Assembly (NCBI RefSeq): GCF_015265375.1
Contig: NZ_JABZXW010000003.1
Location: 6,142 to 70,141, forward strand
DNA from: Rothia sp. (in: high G+C Gram-positive bacteria)
GTDB taxonomy: Bacteria; Actinomycetota; Actinomycetes; Actinomycetales; Micrococcaceae
Length of the DNA stretch: 64,000 bases
Direction: 5' to 3'
Shown: positions 48,779 to 58,596 of the stretch, piece after piece
Layout: every line of letters starts with the position of its first letter
Position numbering within the stretch: position 1 is the stretch's first letter
Notes under the pieces: generated by a model
The model's input: only the letters and a program-made list of their open reading frames with translations
Told to the model about the DNA's origin: nothing
The model's database searches: none
Position numbers and translations under genes: made by a program

Positions 48779-49948
48779 CTACTTCACAACACGCCAACCG
48801 CGAGCCGACAAATCGCGGACCAGCGCCTCATGAATAGACGGATTGACCGAGATTTCAGCCATACCCACCGGGGCGCCCGTCGAGTGCTCCAGACGCAAAT
48901 CCTCAAGGTTCGCGCCCAGCTCACCAATTTCGGCAAGCAAACGAGCCAGCGTGCCGGGGGTATCGTCCACCAGCACCGTCATCTTCGCGAACGCGGCGGG
49001 CGCCGTACCGTGCTTACCCGGAATACGGCTCACACCCGCGTTACCTTCGCTCATCAGCTGCGCCAAATCCAGGCGAGCGCCGGATGCCGTCGGGTTCTCC
49101 AGCGTCGCGATGAGGCGGTTCAGGTCATCACGCACCCCGTAGAGGGTCTTCACAATCGGGTCAGCGTTCGCCGCAAAAATCTGTACCCACAGCGTCGGGT
49201 CCGAAGCCGCAATACGCACCGTATCGCGCAGGCCCTGACCCGCCAGGGACAGCGCGTACAGCGGAGTGTCCTGCAGACGCGAAGCCAACAGCGAGCTCAT
49301 CGCCTGCGGCACATGCGAAATCAGAGCAACCGTCTGATCATGCTCCTCAACGCTCAGAGACGTCACAATCGCACCCAGCTCAACCGCCACAGAACGCACC
49401 AGACGCACGCACTCCGGGCGAACCGAATCGTGCTCGCAGATAATCCACGGACGTGCCTGGAACAGCTCACCGCGAGCCGCTACCGGACCCGACTTCTCAC
49501 GCCCAGCCATCGGATGCGACCCCACGTAACGGGACGCATCCGCACCCGAGGCAAGCACATCAGCCAGCGGCTGCACCTTCACCGAGGCAACATCCGTCAC
49601 CACGGCGCCGGGGTAGCCCGCCTCCGGTCGAGGCGCATAGGTGTTCAACGCGCGAGCGCACACGGCACCGGCACTATCCGGAGGCGCAGCCACCACCACC
49701 AGCTGCGGGGCGAGGGCGGCGCGTTCCTCCTCCGACAGGGTGGAGAAGCTTGTACCGGCACCGATATCCTGCGCCACAGCCTCGGCGGTGGGTGAAATAT
49801 CTTGGACGTACACGTCCTCGCATCCTGCCGCACGCAACCCCAAACCGATGGAGGCACCCAGCAGACCCGAGCCGATAATGAGTACCGGCCCGGTCAGCGT
49901 TGAGTCCATGGGCAGCTCAGATGCGGAAAGCTCAGCGGGCGAGTTCAT
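48779..49948 (-). CDS. tyrA: Prephenate dehydrogenase (TyrA) with a C-terminal ACT-like domain
   Basis: N-terminal Rossmann fold VLIIGSGLLGASIGLGL. Confidence 0.8.
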   Translation of the reverse strand: MNSPAELSASELPMDSTLTGPVLIIGSGLLGASIGLGLRAAGCEDVYVQDISPTAEAVAQDIGAGTSFSTLSEEERAALAPQLVVVAAPPDSAGAVCARALNTYAPRPEAGYPGAVVTDVASVKVQPLADVLASGADASRYVGSHPMAGREKSGPVAARGELFQARPWIICEHDSVRPECVRLVRSVAVELGAIVTSLSVEEHDQTVALISHVPQAMSSLLASRLQDTPLYALSLAGQGLRDTVRIAASDPTLWVQIFAANADPIVKTLYGVRDDLNRLIATLENPTASGARLDLAQLMSEGNAGVSRIPGKHGTAPAAFAKMTVLVDDTPGTLARLLAEIGELGANLEDLRLEHSTGAPVGMAEISVNPSIHEALVRDLSARGWRVVK

Positions 49949-49966
49949 GACAACTCCTTAGCGTTA

Positions 49967-51151
49967 TTACATGTCCACCGAAGCGAGCAGGTGACCGATC
50001 TCGACCTTGGAGAGGTTACGGACGGTGCCCTGCTTCTGCGAACCAATACGGATCGGGCCCATCTCGACGCGGACCAGGCGCTCAACCGGGTAGCCGACAG
50101 CGTCGAAGAGTCGGCGCACGATGCGGTTCTTACCGGAGTGGATGGTCACCTCAACGAGCACGTGGCCGGGGGTGGAGTCCACCAGCTTGAACTCGTCCAC
50201 GCGGGTCACGCCGTCTTCCAGGCGGATGCCCTTCTTCATGGCTGCGCCGACGCCGGGCTCCATGGGGCCGGGAACCTGCACCAGGTAGGTCTTGGGCACC
50301 TCGTAGGAGGGGTGGGTGAGGCGGTTCGCCAGTTCACCGTCGTTGGTCAGCAGCAGCAGACCCTCGGTTTCGACGTCCAGGCGGCCCACGTGGAACACGC
50401 GCTCGCTCATGGAGGAACGCAGGAAGTCGGAGATGCAGGGGCGGCCTTCGGGGTCTTCCATGGTGGAGACCACGCCGGCGGGCTTGTTGAATGCCATGTA
50501 GACGAGCTTGTCGTTGGTCTGAACGGTCATGCCGTCGACCTGCACGGTCACCTTGGAGGGGTCAACGCGCACGCCCAGCTCAGTCACGACTTCACCGTTG
50601 ACGGTGACGCGGCCTTCGGTAATCATTTCTTCGCAGACGCGGCGGGACGCCACACCGGCCTGAGCCAGCAGCTTCTGCAGGCGCACGCCGTCGTGGTCGT
50701 AGAACTCGTAGTGGTCTACCGGGGCGTTGCGGGGGCGGCGGGGACGGTGCGGGCCCGCGTAGTTGCTGACGCGGTACTCGCCGCGCTCGTTTGCGAAGGC
50801 TTCGCCGGAGCGGTAGGGACGGCCCGGTGCGCGGCGTTCGCGCTTGGGCAGTTCGGTACCGCGGCCGCGACCTGCACGACCTGCGCCGAACTTCTTCTCG
50901 CCGAACTTCTTGTCACCGAAGCCCTTAGCGCCGCCCTTACCTGCGCCGCTCTTCGGTGCGCCGGGGCGACCGCCGCGTGCGGATGCGCCCTTAGCGCCGG
51001 GCTTACCGCCCTGACCGGGACGACCGGCGCCGGGACGGCCACCGCGAGAGTTCTGGGGGCGACCGGATGCAGAGCGGCCGCCGCGGGAGGAGTTTCCATA
51101 TGCCATGGTGTTCTTCTCTTTTCTGTCGTATAGTGCGAACGTTTCGGGCAT
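49967..51151 (-). CDS. rluB: rRNA pseudouridine synthase (RluB/RsuA family) with an ~110-aa Gly/Arg-rich disordered N-terminal region
   Basis: S4 domain (LQKLLAQAGVASRRVCEEMITEGRVTVNG) plus the catalytic motif HVGRLDVETEGLLLLTNDG. The start is ambiguous between 51151 and 51106. Confidence 0.8.
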   Translation of the reverse strand: MPETFALYDRKEKNTMAYGNSSRGGRSASGRPQNSRGGRPGAGRPGQGGKPGAKGASARGGRPGAPKSGAGKGGAKGFGDKKFGEKKFGAGRAGRGRGTELPKRERRAPGRPYRSGEAFANERGEYRVSNYAGPHRPRRPRNAPVDHYEFYDHDGVRLQKLLAQAGVASRRVCEEMITEGRVTVNGEVVTELGVRVDPSKVTVQVDGMTVQTNDKLVYMAFNKPAGVVSTMEDPEGRPCISDFLRSSMSERVFHVGRLDVETEGLLLLTNDGELANRLTHPSYEVPKTYLVQVPGPMEPGVGAAMKKGIRLEDGVTRVDEFKLVDSTPGHVLVEVTIHSGKNRIVRRLFDAVGYPVERLVRVEMGPIRIGSQKQGTVRNLSKVEIGHLLASVDM

Positions 51152-51193
51152 TTCCCGAACGTTCCTTCGTCTTATTGGTTCGTTGTCGTTGTC

Positions 51194-52192
51194 TTAGTCG
51201 TTGCCCTCGGCAAGCACTGCGGCTTCCGTGTCATCGGGCAGGAAAGGCGCGAGCGCCGGTAGCTCCTCCAGGGAGTTCAACCCTAGCTTCACCAGCAGCA
51301 GCTCCGTGGTTTCGTAGAGGGTCGCGCCGCTTCCGGCTTCTCGACCCGCCTCACGAATCAGCTGCCGTTGTAGCAGCTGGCGGATTGCCGCGTCCGCGTT
51401 CACTCCTCGAATGGAGGCTACCCTCGCCCTGGTCACCGGTTGCTGGTATGCAATCACGGCGAGCGTCTCGTAGGCGGGCTTGCTGAGGGTTGCGCTCTTG
51501 GAGCGGGTCACGAAGCGTGCCACCCAGGGGGCGAAGTCGTCGCGGGCGTAGAGCTTCCAGCCTCCGGCAATGTTCCGCAGCTGGAATCCGCGCGGTTCGG
51601 GTGCCACCCGGTTTTCATCTTCTCCGTAGCCGCTTTCTTCGCCGTTGTACTCGCGGTACAGCCGGTCGAGTGCGTGCTCGACGGCTCGTTCGCTGACGAT
51701 GAGCGCGGCGGAGAGTTCTTTGACGCTCACGGGTGCTTCCGCGACGGCTAGGATTGCTTCGATGGCGCTTTTGACGCCGCCGGGGATTGCCTCAACCTTG
51801 GAAAACTCGGCTTCGGCATCGACCGCCACGCTGGGTGCGGTGGAGGGGCCGCCCGCCGGAATCTTCGCGGGCTTCTTCTCTGCGCGGGGCGCAGGTTCCT
51901 GCGGTTTTAGCAGTTCCTCGGAGTTGTCGGAGCTGCCGGAACTGTCGAAGTCCTCTGCCGTTTCAGCAGCTTCAACGTCTTCAGTTTCTTCGGCAGCCTC
52001 AGTGTCCAGAGGCACTGCGGCTACCTCGTGCTCAGCCGGTTCAGATTCCGCAACAGTAGGTTCTACATCCTCTGCTACCGGCACAGAATTAGCCGAGTCA
52101 TCATCCGCGTTCGGATCCCAGTAGCCCAGATTCACGATGGCAAGGTCGTCAGCGGTAAATTCACGGTCAAAGCGTGAACCCTGATTACTCAT
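51194..52192 (-). CDS. scpB: Segregation and condensation protein B (ScpB) with a long acidic N-terminal extension
   Basis: Winged-helix ScpB core in the C-terminal 190 aa. The start overlaps the scpA stop by 8 nt, consistent with translational coupling. Confidence 0.8.
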   Translation of the reverse strand: MSNQGSRFDREFTADDLAIVNLGYWDPNADDDSANSVPVAEDVEPTVAESEPAEHEVAAVPLDTEAAEETEDVEAAETAEDFDSSGSSDNSEELLKPQEPAPRAEKKPAKIPAGGPSTAPSVAVDAEAEFSKVEAIPGGVKSAIEAILAVAEAPVSVKELSAALIVSERAVEHALDRLYREYNGEESGYGEDENRVAPEPRGFQLRNIAGGWKLYARDDFAPWVARFVTRSKSATLSKPAYETLAVIAYQQPVTRARVASIRGVNADAAIRQLLQRQLIREAGREAGSGATLYETTELLLVKLGLNSLEELPALAPFLPDDTEAAVLAEGND

Positions 52193-53183
52193 GCTCCTCC
52201 TTTACCGGTTCCTCGTTCACGTCGGGTGATTCGGATGATTCAGGTGATTCAGACGCTTCACCGATTTCGTGCGCGTCCTGAGTGTCTGTTTCTTCGCGAA
52301 TCACGAACTGTGCAGCGCTCGCGCTCGCACGGACCCGAATGGCTCCGAGCGGTGCGTCCTGTTCTACGTGCAGGGCGCCTTCTTTATAGAGCTCGAGCAG
52401 CGCCAGAAAACGAACCACCGCGATTTCTAGTTCGCCGGATCCTTGAACCAGTTCGGCGAAGCTCAGTTCCCGCGCCGCGGTATCGAGCAGGCTGTGCAGA
52501 ATGTAGTGTTCTTCAGCCGCGATGGTGGTGAGCGGAACGTGCAGGTGCTCGTTGAGTTCTTCAACGATTTCTTCGGGTTCCGGTTCGGGCTCTTTGGGGG
52601 TTCGGCTCAGCGCTGCTGCGGCGATGCGGGCGAACTCTTCGGCGCCTCCGGTAAAGACCAGTTCGGGTAGCGCCTGGGCGAATCGTTCTTCGAGGGCTAC
52701 CGCACGGGGAAAACGTTGCGCTTCTTGCGCCCAGCGTTCAGCAAAAATATCGGCGACTTCGCGGTAGGCGCGGTATTGCAGCAGACGGGCAAAGAGCAGG
52801 TCGCGCGCCTCCAGCAGTGCAACATCCTCTTCGAGGGGTTCACGATGCTGCGGGAGCAGGCGTGCGGTTTTGAGTTCCAGCAGGGTTGCGGCGGTGACGA
52901 GGAATTCGCTGGCTTCGTCGAGCGCACGTTCGGTGCCCTCAGCGTAGAGGGCGTGCAGATAGGCGAGGAACTCGTCGGTAACCTCTGCGAGCGCCACCTC
53001 GGTGATGTCGAGTTTGCGGCGCGAAATCAGGGTCAGTAGAAGATCAAAAGGACCCTCAAAATTACTGAGGGTGAGGGTGAAACCGCGTTCCAGGTTCTGC
53101 AGGCCGCGGCCCTCAGTCCGGGCGTTTGCGGCGGTGTCTGCGTTCGGTGTCGGTACCCTCACGGCAGCGACGTTCGTGGTCAT
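52185..53183 (-). CDS. scpA: Segregation and condensation protein A (kleisin ScpA)
   Basis: Contains FEGPFDLLLTLISRRKLDITEVALAEVTDEFLAYL. Confidence 0.85.
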   Translation of the reverse strand: MTTNVAAVRVPTPNADTAANARTEGRGLQNLERGFTLTLSNFEGPFDLLLTLISRRKLDITEVALAEVTDEFLAYLHALYAEGTERALDEASEFLVTAATLLELKTARLLPQHREPLEEDVALLEARDLLFARLLQYRAYREVADIFAERWAQEAQRFPRAVALEERFAQALPELVFTGGAEEFARIAAAALSRTPKEPEPEPEEIVEELNEHLHVPLTTIAAEEHYILHSLLDTAARELSFAELVQGSGELEIAVVRFLALLELYKEGALHVEQDAPLGAIRVRASASAAQFVIREETDTQDAHEIGEASESPESSESPDVNEEPVKEEHE

Positions 53184-53374
53184 AAACGACCTATTCTCCT
53201 TAGGTTTATTCTCCCCGGCTTCGTTGGTGCCGTCTCAGATGCGGCTTCTACTTTGCCTATTTTTCGCGGCAAGCAGTACACGGGGTCTTTAGAATCCACA
53301 CAATTATACGCCCTCTGCCGGTGTGACTCAAGGGTGAGAGTCACCTCAGCAGAGGGCGTATAGGTGTGGGGGCT

Positions 53375-54235
53375 TTAGCGTGCGCCGCCCTTGTAGATCA
53401 GTTCGCGTGCCACCTGGCGGTATGCTTCCGCGCCGGGGTGGCTGGAGGCGTAGCTGAGAATCGGCTCAGCAGACACCGATGCGTCCGGGAACTTCACGGT
53501 GCGCTTGATGACGGTGTCGAAGACCTTGTCGCCGAATGCGTCCACGATGCGTGCCAGAACTTCCTTGGAGTGGATGGTTCGCGCATCGAACATGGTGGCA
53601 AGCACGCCGGAGATTTCGAGGTCGGGGTTCAGGCGATCCTGAACCTTCTCGATGGAGTCGACCAGCAGTGCGACGGCGCGCAGTGCGAAGAACTCACAAA
53701 TCAGCGGAATGATGACGCCTTCGGAGGCGGTCAGCGCGTTGACGGTCAGCAGGCCCAGGGAGGGCTGGCAGTCGATGAGGATGACGTCGTATTCGTCGCG
53801 GACCTTGCGCAGTGCCGAGGCGAGAACCTGCTCGCGAGCCACTTCGTTGACCAGCTGAACTTCAGCTGCGGAGAGGTCAATGTTGGCGGGCAGCAGGTCG
53901 ATGTTCTCCACGCCGGTGGGCAGGATGACGTCCTTGATGTCGACCTTGCGGTCCATCATGACGTTGTAGACGGTCAGGTCCAGTTCATGCGGGTTCGCAC
54001 CGAAACCGGCGGAGAGAGCACCCTGCGGGTCGAAGTCGACCAGCAGCACCTTACGGCCGCATTCTGCCAGCGCCGCGCCCAGGTTAATGGTGGAGGTGGT
54101 CTTACCCACGCCGCCCTTCTGATTCACCATAGAGATAATGCGGGCGGGACCGTGGCTGCTCAGCGGAGCCGGGTCGGGGTATACGCGCAGGGGTCGACCG
54201 GTGGGGCCGAGTTCTTGAGCCTGAGCTTCAGTCAA
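53375..54235 (-). CDS. ParA-family ATPase upstream of scpAB (PldP / Rv1708-like orphan ParA)
   Basis: Deviant Walker A motif NQKGGVGKTT. The position next to scpA matches C. glutamicum pldP and M. tuberculosis Rv1708. Confidence 0.8.
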   Translation of the reverse strand: MTEAQAQELGPTGRPLRVYPDPAPLSSHGPARIISMVNQKGGVGKTTSTINLGAALAECGRKVLLVDFDPQGALSAGFGANPHELDLTVYNVMMDRKVDIKDVILPTGVENIDLLPANIDLSAAEVQLVNEVAREQVLASALRKVRDEYDVILIDCQPSLGLLTVNALTASEGVIIPLICEFFALRAVALLVDSIEKVQDRLNPDLEISGVLATMFDARTIHSKEVLARIVDAFGDKVFDTVIKRTVKFPDASVSAEPILSYASSHPGAEAYRQVARELIYKGGAR

Positions 54236-54329
54236 TGGTTCACCTTCATCAATGAATTCGAAGTTTTAAAGTTTAAGCGTTGTCTATAAGGTTACCTCAA
54301 GAGCGGCTGTTCCGCGGATTGACGGGGTT

Positions 54330-55649
54330 TTATCCCCGTTCGTGAGCACGCGGATGCGCCATGCGGTACACCTCCATGAGCCCCTCGGGCGTGACCTTGG
54401 TGTACACCTGAGTGGTGGCGATGGAGGCGTGTCCGAGCAGTTCTTGCACCACGCGAATATCGGCACCGCCCTGCAGCAGGTGCGTTGCGAAGCTATGGCG
54501 CATGGAGTGCGGCGAGAAGTCAGAGCTGAGCCCGGCGGCTTCGGCGGCTTCTTTGAGGATGAGCCAGGCGCCTTGGCGTCCGAGTCTGCTGCCTCGTCCG
54601 TTGACGAAGAGCGCGGCGGTGCCTTTACCGTGCGCTACGAGGGAGGGGCGGGCACGCACCAGGTAGTCTTGGATTGCTTTTTGGGCGTAGCTTCCGATGG
54701 GTACGAGCCGTTCTTTGTTTCCCTTACCGAAGAGTCGAACGTAGCCGGGCAAAGTAATCTGGTTGCCGTCTTCATCGGTGAGGGTTCCTTCGAAGTGCAC
54801 GTCGTCAATATCGGCGTTGAGCATTTCGCTCACGCGCGCGCCGGTGGCGTAGAGGAATTCGAGGATGGCTCGATTGCGTAGCCCGGTGGCGGTTTCGCGG
54901 TCGGGTACGGCGAGTAGCCGCTGGATGTCTTCTACGCTGACTGCTTTGGGTAGGCGTTTAACGTTCTTTGGCGGGGTGACCGGTGCCGCCGGGTCGGTGG
55001 GCACGATGAGCGCGGAGACCCAGAAGGCGTGTGCTCCGCGGACTGCCGCCATGGTGCGGGCGATGGAGTTCGGGCCCAGCGGCAGGGGCAGGTTCGGTGC
55101 CCCTTCAGCGGTTGGCGTTTCTTTTTCTGGTGCCCCAGCTTTCTCCGGCTGCCCGGCATGACCTTTTCCAGCGCGCCCGTTTCCAGTCCCTCGCCCCGAT
55201 TCGGAGGCGATCATCAGTGCCAGCGATTCTGCGGCTTCTTCCTGCGCTTCCTGAGATTCCTTCGCGTTCTGGTTGTTCTTCTCCCCCGCGTCGAATCCGG
55301 CAAGGGGCACGGTGGGGGCGGCGAGTTCCCGCATGAAGGAACGCACCTGCGCGGTGGTGATGCGTTCGGGGTCGATGACGCCGAGGGTCGCCATGTAGGT
55401 GCTGTATCGTCGCAAATCGCGCGCGTAGGAGGCAATGGTGTGTTCGCTGCTTCCTCGTTCCACGCGCAGGTGGATGAGGTACTGGTCAACGGCTTTCTGG
55501 AGCGGGGTCTGTGCCTCCTGGTGGGAAGCACCCAGGCTAGAAGAATCCAGAGCAGAAGAACCCAGCACGGAGGAACCGGCAGAAGAGGTTACGCCGAGCA
55601 GACCCGCGCCGCGGGGCGCCTTGCTCACCGTGCTTTTAGCCTGCTTCAC
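54330..55649 (-). CDS. xerD: Tyrosine recombinase XerD carrying a ~110-aa low-complexity insertion between the N-terminal core-binding domain and the catalytic domain
   Basis: Catalytic residues fall in ATGARVSEM...HSMRHSFATHLL...LGHASIATTQVYTKV. The N-terminal SAM-like domain is QYLIHLRVERGSSEHTIASYARDL. Confidence 0.85.
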   Translation of the reverse strand: MKQAKSTVSKAPRGAGLLGVTSSAGSSVLGSSALDSSSLGASHQEAQTPLQKAVDQYLIHLRVERGSSEHTIASYARDLRRYSTYMATLGVIDPERITTAQVRSFMRELAAPTVPLAGFDAGEKNNQNAKESQEAQEEAAESLALMIASESGRGTGNGRAGKGHAGQPEKAGAPEKETPTAEGAPNLPLPLGPNSIARTMAAVRGAHAFWVSALIVPTDPAAPVTPPKNVKRLPKAVSVEDIQRLLAVPDRETATGLRNRAILEFLYATGARVSEMLNADIDDVHFEGTLTDEDGNQITLPGYVRLFGKGNKERLVPIGSYAQKAIQDYLVRARPSLVAHGKGTAALFVNGRGSRLGRQGAWLILKEAAEAAGLSSDFSPHSMRHSFATHLLQGGADIRVVQELLGHASIATTQVYTKVTPEGLMEVYRMAHPRAHERG

Positions 55650-55741
55650 GCTATCTCCTCTGTCGGTTCTGTTGATGTTTGGGCCTCTTGATATTTGGGC
55701 TTGCCGTAGGCGAGGCTACTCCCCCGCCCCCCTGTTCCGTT

Positions 55742-56416
55742 CTAGTGGTTGCGGAAGTTCTCCGGCTTTTCGCGGCGCTGTCCCATGTAGGGGTGGAACT
55801 CCCAGCCGCCCTCGGCGGGGCGCAGGTCTTCAAAGTTGTTTTGCGCCGCCGCGTAGGTGGCGAGTACCGCCTGGATAGCGAGCGCATTATGAACCTTTCC
55901 GCCCAGCACCAGCTGTACTGCCTCGGCGAGGGACACCCAGCGGTAGGTCATTTCTGCTTCTTCGTCGGTGCGTTCGCTACGTTCTTCGGCGGGCAGTTCC
56001 GAGAGATTACGTGCCAGGTAGACGCGGCCTGCTTCGCTGGTTGCGCCGGGGCTGCTGAAGTAGTCGGTCAGTGCGTTCCAGGTGTCTGCCTGCAGGTCTG
56101 CTTCTTCGGCGAGTTCGCGCTGCGCGGCGACCAGGGGGTCTTCACCGTCGATGTCGAGCAGTCCTGCGGGTACTTCCCAGAGGTTCATACGCACCGGGTG
56201 GCGGTACTGGTTGAGCATCAGCAATTCGTTGTTGTCGTTGAGGACCGCCACGGCGACGGCGCCGGGCATTTCCACGACGTCGCGGGTCAGCACGGTGTTT
56301 TCGTTGAGTTCGTACTCTTCAACGGTCGTTTCAATCACGTAGCCGCTGTATTTCACGGTGCGGGTGCGGATAGTGCGTTCGGAGGGTGCATCAATAATCT
56401 GCTGGTTGTTGCTCAT
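55742..56416 (-). CDS. NUDIX hydrolase (ADP-ribose pyrophosphatase-like)
   Basis: Nudix box GLLDIDGEDPLVAAQRELAEEADL is present. Confidence 0.8.
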   Translation of the reverse strand: MSNNQQIIDAPSERTIRTRTVKYSGYVIETTVEEYELNENTVLTRDVVEMPGAVAVAVLNDNNELLMLNQYRHPVRMNLWEVPAGLLDIDGEDPLVAAQRELAEEADLQADTWNALTDYFSSPGATSEAGRVYLARNLSELPAEERSERTDEEAEMTYRWVSLAEAVQLVLGGKVHNALAIQAVLATYAAAQNNFEDLRPAEGGWEFHPYMGQRREKPENFRNH

Positions 56417-56561
56417 TCTTTCATTGTAGGCGGCTTCTTAGCCCCGCTACGTTTGGCGCGTCAGGTACGGGCACGGAATAAGGCATGTTCAGGTTTAAAC
56501 GAAAGCATCCCGCCCTCCCCTGCGCGGGGTGAGCGGGATGCTGAACGTTTGTGCCTAGATG

Positions 56562-58256
56562 TTAGGCGCCGCGGCGCTCCAGAGCAGCCTTAATCAGGCC
56601 GGAGAAGAGCGGGTGCGGGCGGGTCGGACGCGAGCGGTACTCGGGGTGTGCCTGAGTTGCCACGTAGTAGGGGTGTGCCTCTGCGGGCAGTTCCACGTAC
56701 TCGACCAGCGAGGAGTCCGGGGAGGTACCGGAGATACGCAGGCCTGCTTCTTCAAGCTGCTCGCGGTACTCGTTGTTCACCTCGTAGCGGTGGCGGTGAC
56801 GCTCTGCAACCTCGGTTGCGCCGTATGCCTTAGCAACCTGAGAGCCGGGAACAAGGTTTGCCTTGTACAGGCCCAGGCGCATGGTGCCGCCCAGGTCGCC
56901 TGCACCTTCGACGAACTGCTTTTGCTCTTCGATGGTTGCGATGACCGGTACGGAGGTTTCCGGATCGAACTCGGTGGAGGATGCTTCGGTCAGACCCAGT
57001 ACGTTGCGTGCGTACTCGATGACCATGGACTGCAGGCCGAGGCAGATGCCCAGGGTCGGGAGCTTGTGCTCGCGTGCGTACTTGAGGGCGCCAATCTTGC
57101 CGTCCAGGCCGCGGATGCCGAAGCCGCCGGGCACGAGAATTGCGTCCATGTTGCGCAGCTGGTGGTCTGCATCTTCGTCGGTTGCGCACAGGTCGGCTGC
57201 AACCCACTTGATGTTGACCTTCACGTTGTTTGCGAAGCCGCCGGCGCGCAGTGCCTCGGAGACGGACAGGTATGCGTCGGGCAGGTCGATGTACTTACCG
57301 ACCAGGCCAACGTTGACCTCTGCTGCGGGGCGGTGCACTGCGTCGAGCAGGCGGTCCCACTGGGTGAAGTCCGGTGCGGGAGCTTCAATGCCGAAGTAGT
57401 CGAGGATGTAGTCGTCGAGCTTCTGGCTGTGCAGGGTCTTGGGGATGTCGTAGATGCTGGGTGCGTCGGCGCAGGAGATGACTGCGTCGCTGTCCACGTC
57501 GCATGCGTTACCGATCTTGGAGCGGTGCGATACGGGGACCTCACGCTCACAGCGCAGGATCAGACCGTCAGGCTGGATGCCCAGGCCGCGCAGCGCTGCG
57601 ACGGAGTGCTGGGTCGGCTTGGTCTTGAGCTCGCCGGAGGGGCCGATGAAGGGCACCAGGGAGACGTGCAGGAAGAAGACGTTCTTGCGGCCAACATCGC
57701 GGCGTACCTGGCGTGCTGCTTCCATGAAGGGCAGGGACTCGATATCGCCGACGGTACCACCGATTTCGGTGATGATGATGTCGGGTGCGTTGTCAATTTC
57801 CGCTGCGTGACGCATGCGGGCCTTGATTTCGTCAGTAATGTGAGGGATGACCTGGACGGTGTCGCCGAGGTATTCGCCACGGCGTTCCTTTGCGATAACG
57901 GAGGAGTAGACCTGGCCGGTGGTCACGTTAGCGGACTGGTCGAGGTTCTCGTCCAGGAAGCGCTCGTAGTGTCCGATGTCGAGGTCGGTTTCAGCACCGT
58001 CGTCGGTGACAAAGACTTCACCGTGCTGGAAGGGGTTCATCGTACCGGGGTCGACGTTCAGGTAGGGGTCGAACTTCTGCATGGTCACAGAGAGGCCACG
58101 TGCGCGAAGAAGCTGACCGAGGGAAGAGGCCGACAGGCCCTTACCGAGAGAAGATGCAACGCCGCCGGTCACGAAAATCTGGCGGGTTACCTTGTCGTTA
58201 GAGGACGCGTTCAGAGCGTTATTTTTTTCATTCACCACGGAATTTAAGCCTACCAT
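56562..58256 (-). CDS. pyrG: CTP synthase
   Basis: N-terminal synthase domain [14 protein letters not shown] plus a C-terminal glutamine amidotransferase domain. Confidence 0.95.
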   Translation of the reverse strand: MVGLNSVVNEKNNALNASSNDKVTRQIFVTGGVASSLGKGLSASSLGQLLRARGLSVTMQKFDPYLNVDPGTMNPFQHGEVFVTDDGAETDLDIGHYERFLDENLDQSANVTTGQVYSSVIAKERRGEYLGDTVQVIPHITDEIKARMRHAAEIDNAPDIIITEIGGTVGDIESLPFMEAARQVRRDVGRKNVFFLHVSLVPFIGPSGELKTKPTQHSVAALRGLGIQPDGLILRCEREVPVSHRSKIGNACDVDSDAVISCADAPSIYDIPKTLHSQKLDDYILDYFGIEAPAPDFTQWDRLLDAVHRPAAEVNVGLVGKYIDLPDAYLSVSEALRAGGFANNVKVNIKWVAADLCATDEDADHQLRNMDAILVPGGFGIRGLDGKIGALKYAREHKLPTLGICLGLQSMVIEYARNVLGLTEASSTEFDPETSVPVIATIEEQKQFVEGAGDLGGTMRLGLYKANLVPGSQVAKAYGATEVAERHRHRYEVNNEYREQLEEAGLRISGTSPDSSLVEYVELPAEAHPYYVATQAHPEYRSRPTRPHPLFSGLIKAALERRGA

Positions 58257-58596
58257 TTTCTTGTCTGCTATCCAAGCAGAGGGTTATGCCGCGAGAGGAT
58301 TCTCTCAGGCGGCTCTCCCTCCCCTATTTATCCTTATCACCACTGTAAACGGAGCTGGGGCTTTAATATTCCCGCCGCGCCGTGTAGAAGCATGTGTAGG
58401 AGCATTCACAGAGTATCTCACATCCTCTGCGCTCCATGCGTCGCTATCGGTCACCGGCGCGGGCTGTACTGGCAACTTTCTGAGGCACGCTCGCACACTT
58501 CAGCCCCTTTGATGGTCTTTGGTGCGAAAGATGCCACCTTTCGGCGCTTTTGCCAGCACTTTCCTCATACTTTTCTCCGCCGGCTTGCCGTCAGTT

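Noticed and set aside
54330-55649. Integrase of a mobile element
   Set aside because: The catalytic and N-terminal domains match chromosomal XerD, and the conserved neighbourhood (nudix, pyrG, scpAB, parA) is the housekeeping xerD locus. No att repeats or cargo genes are present.
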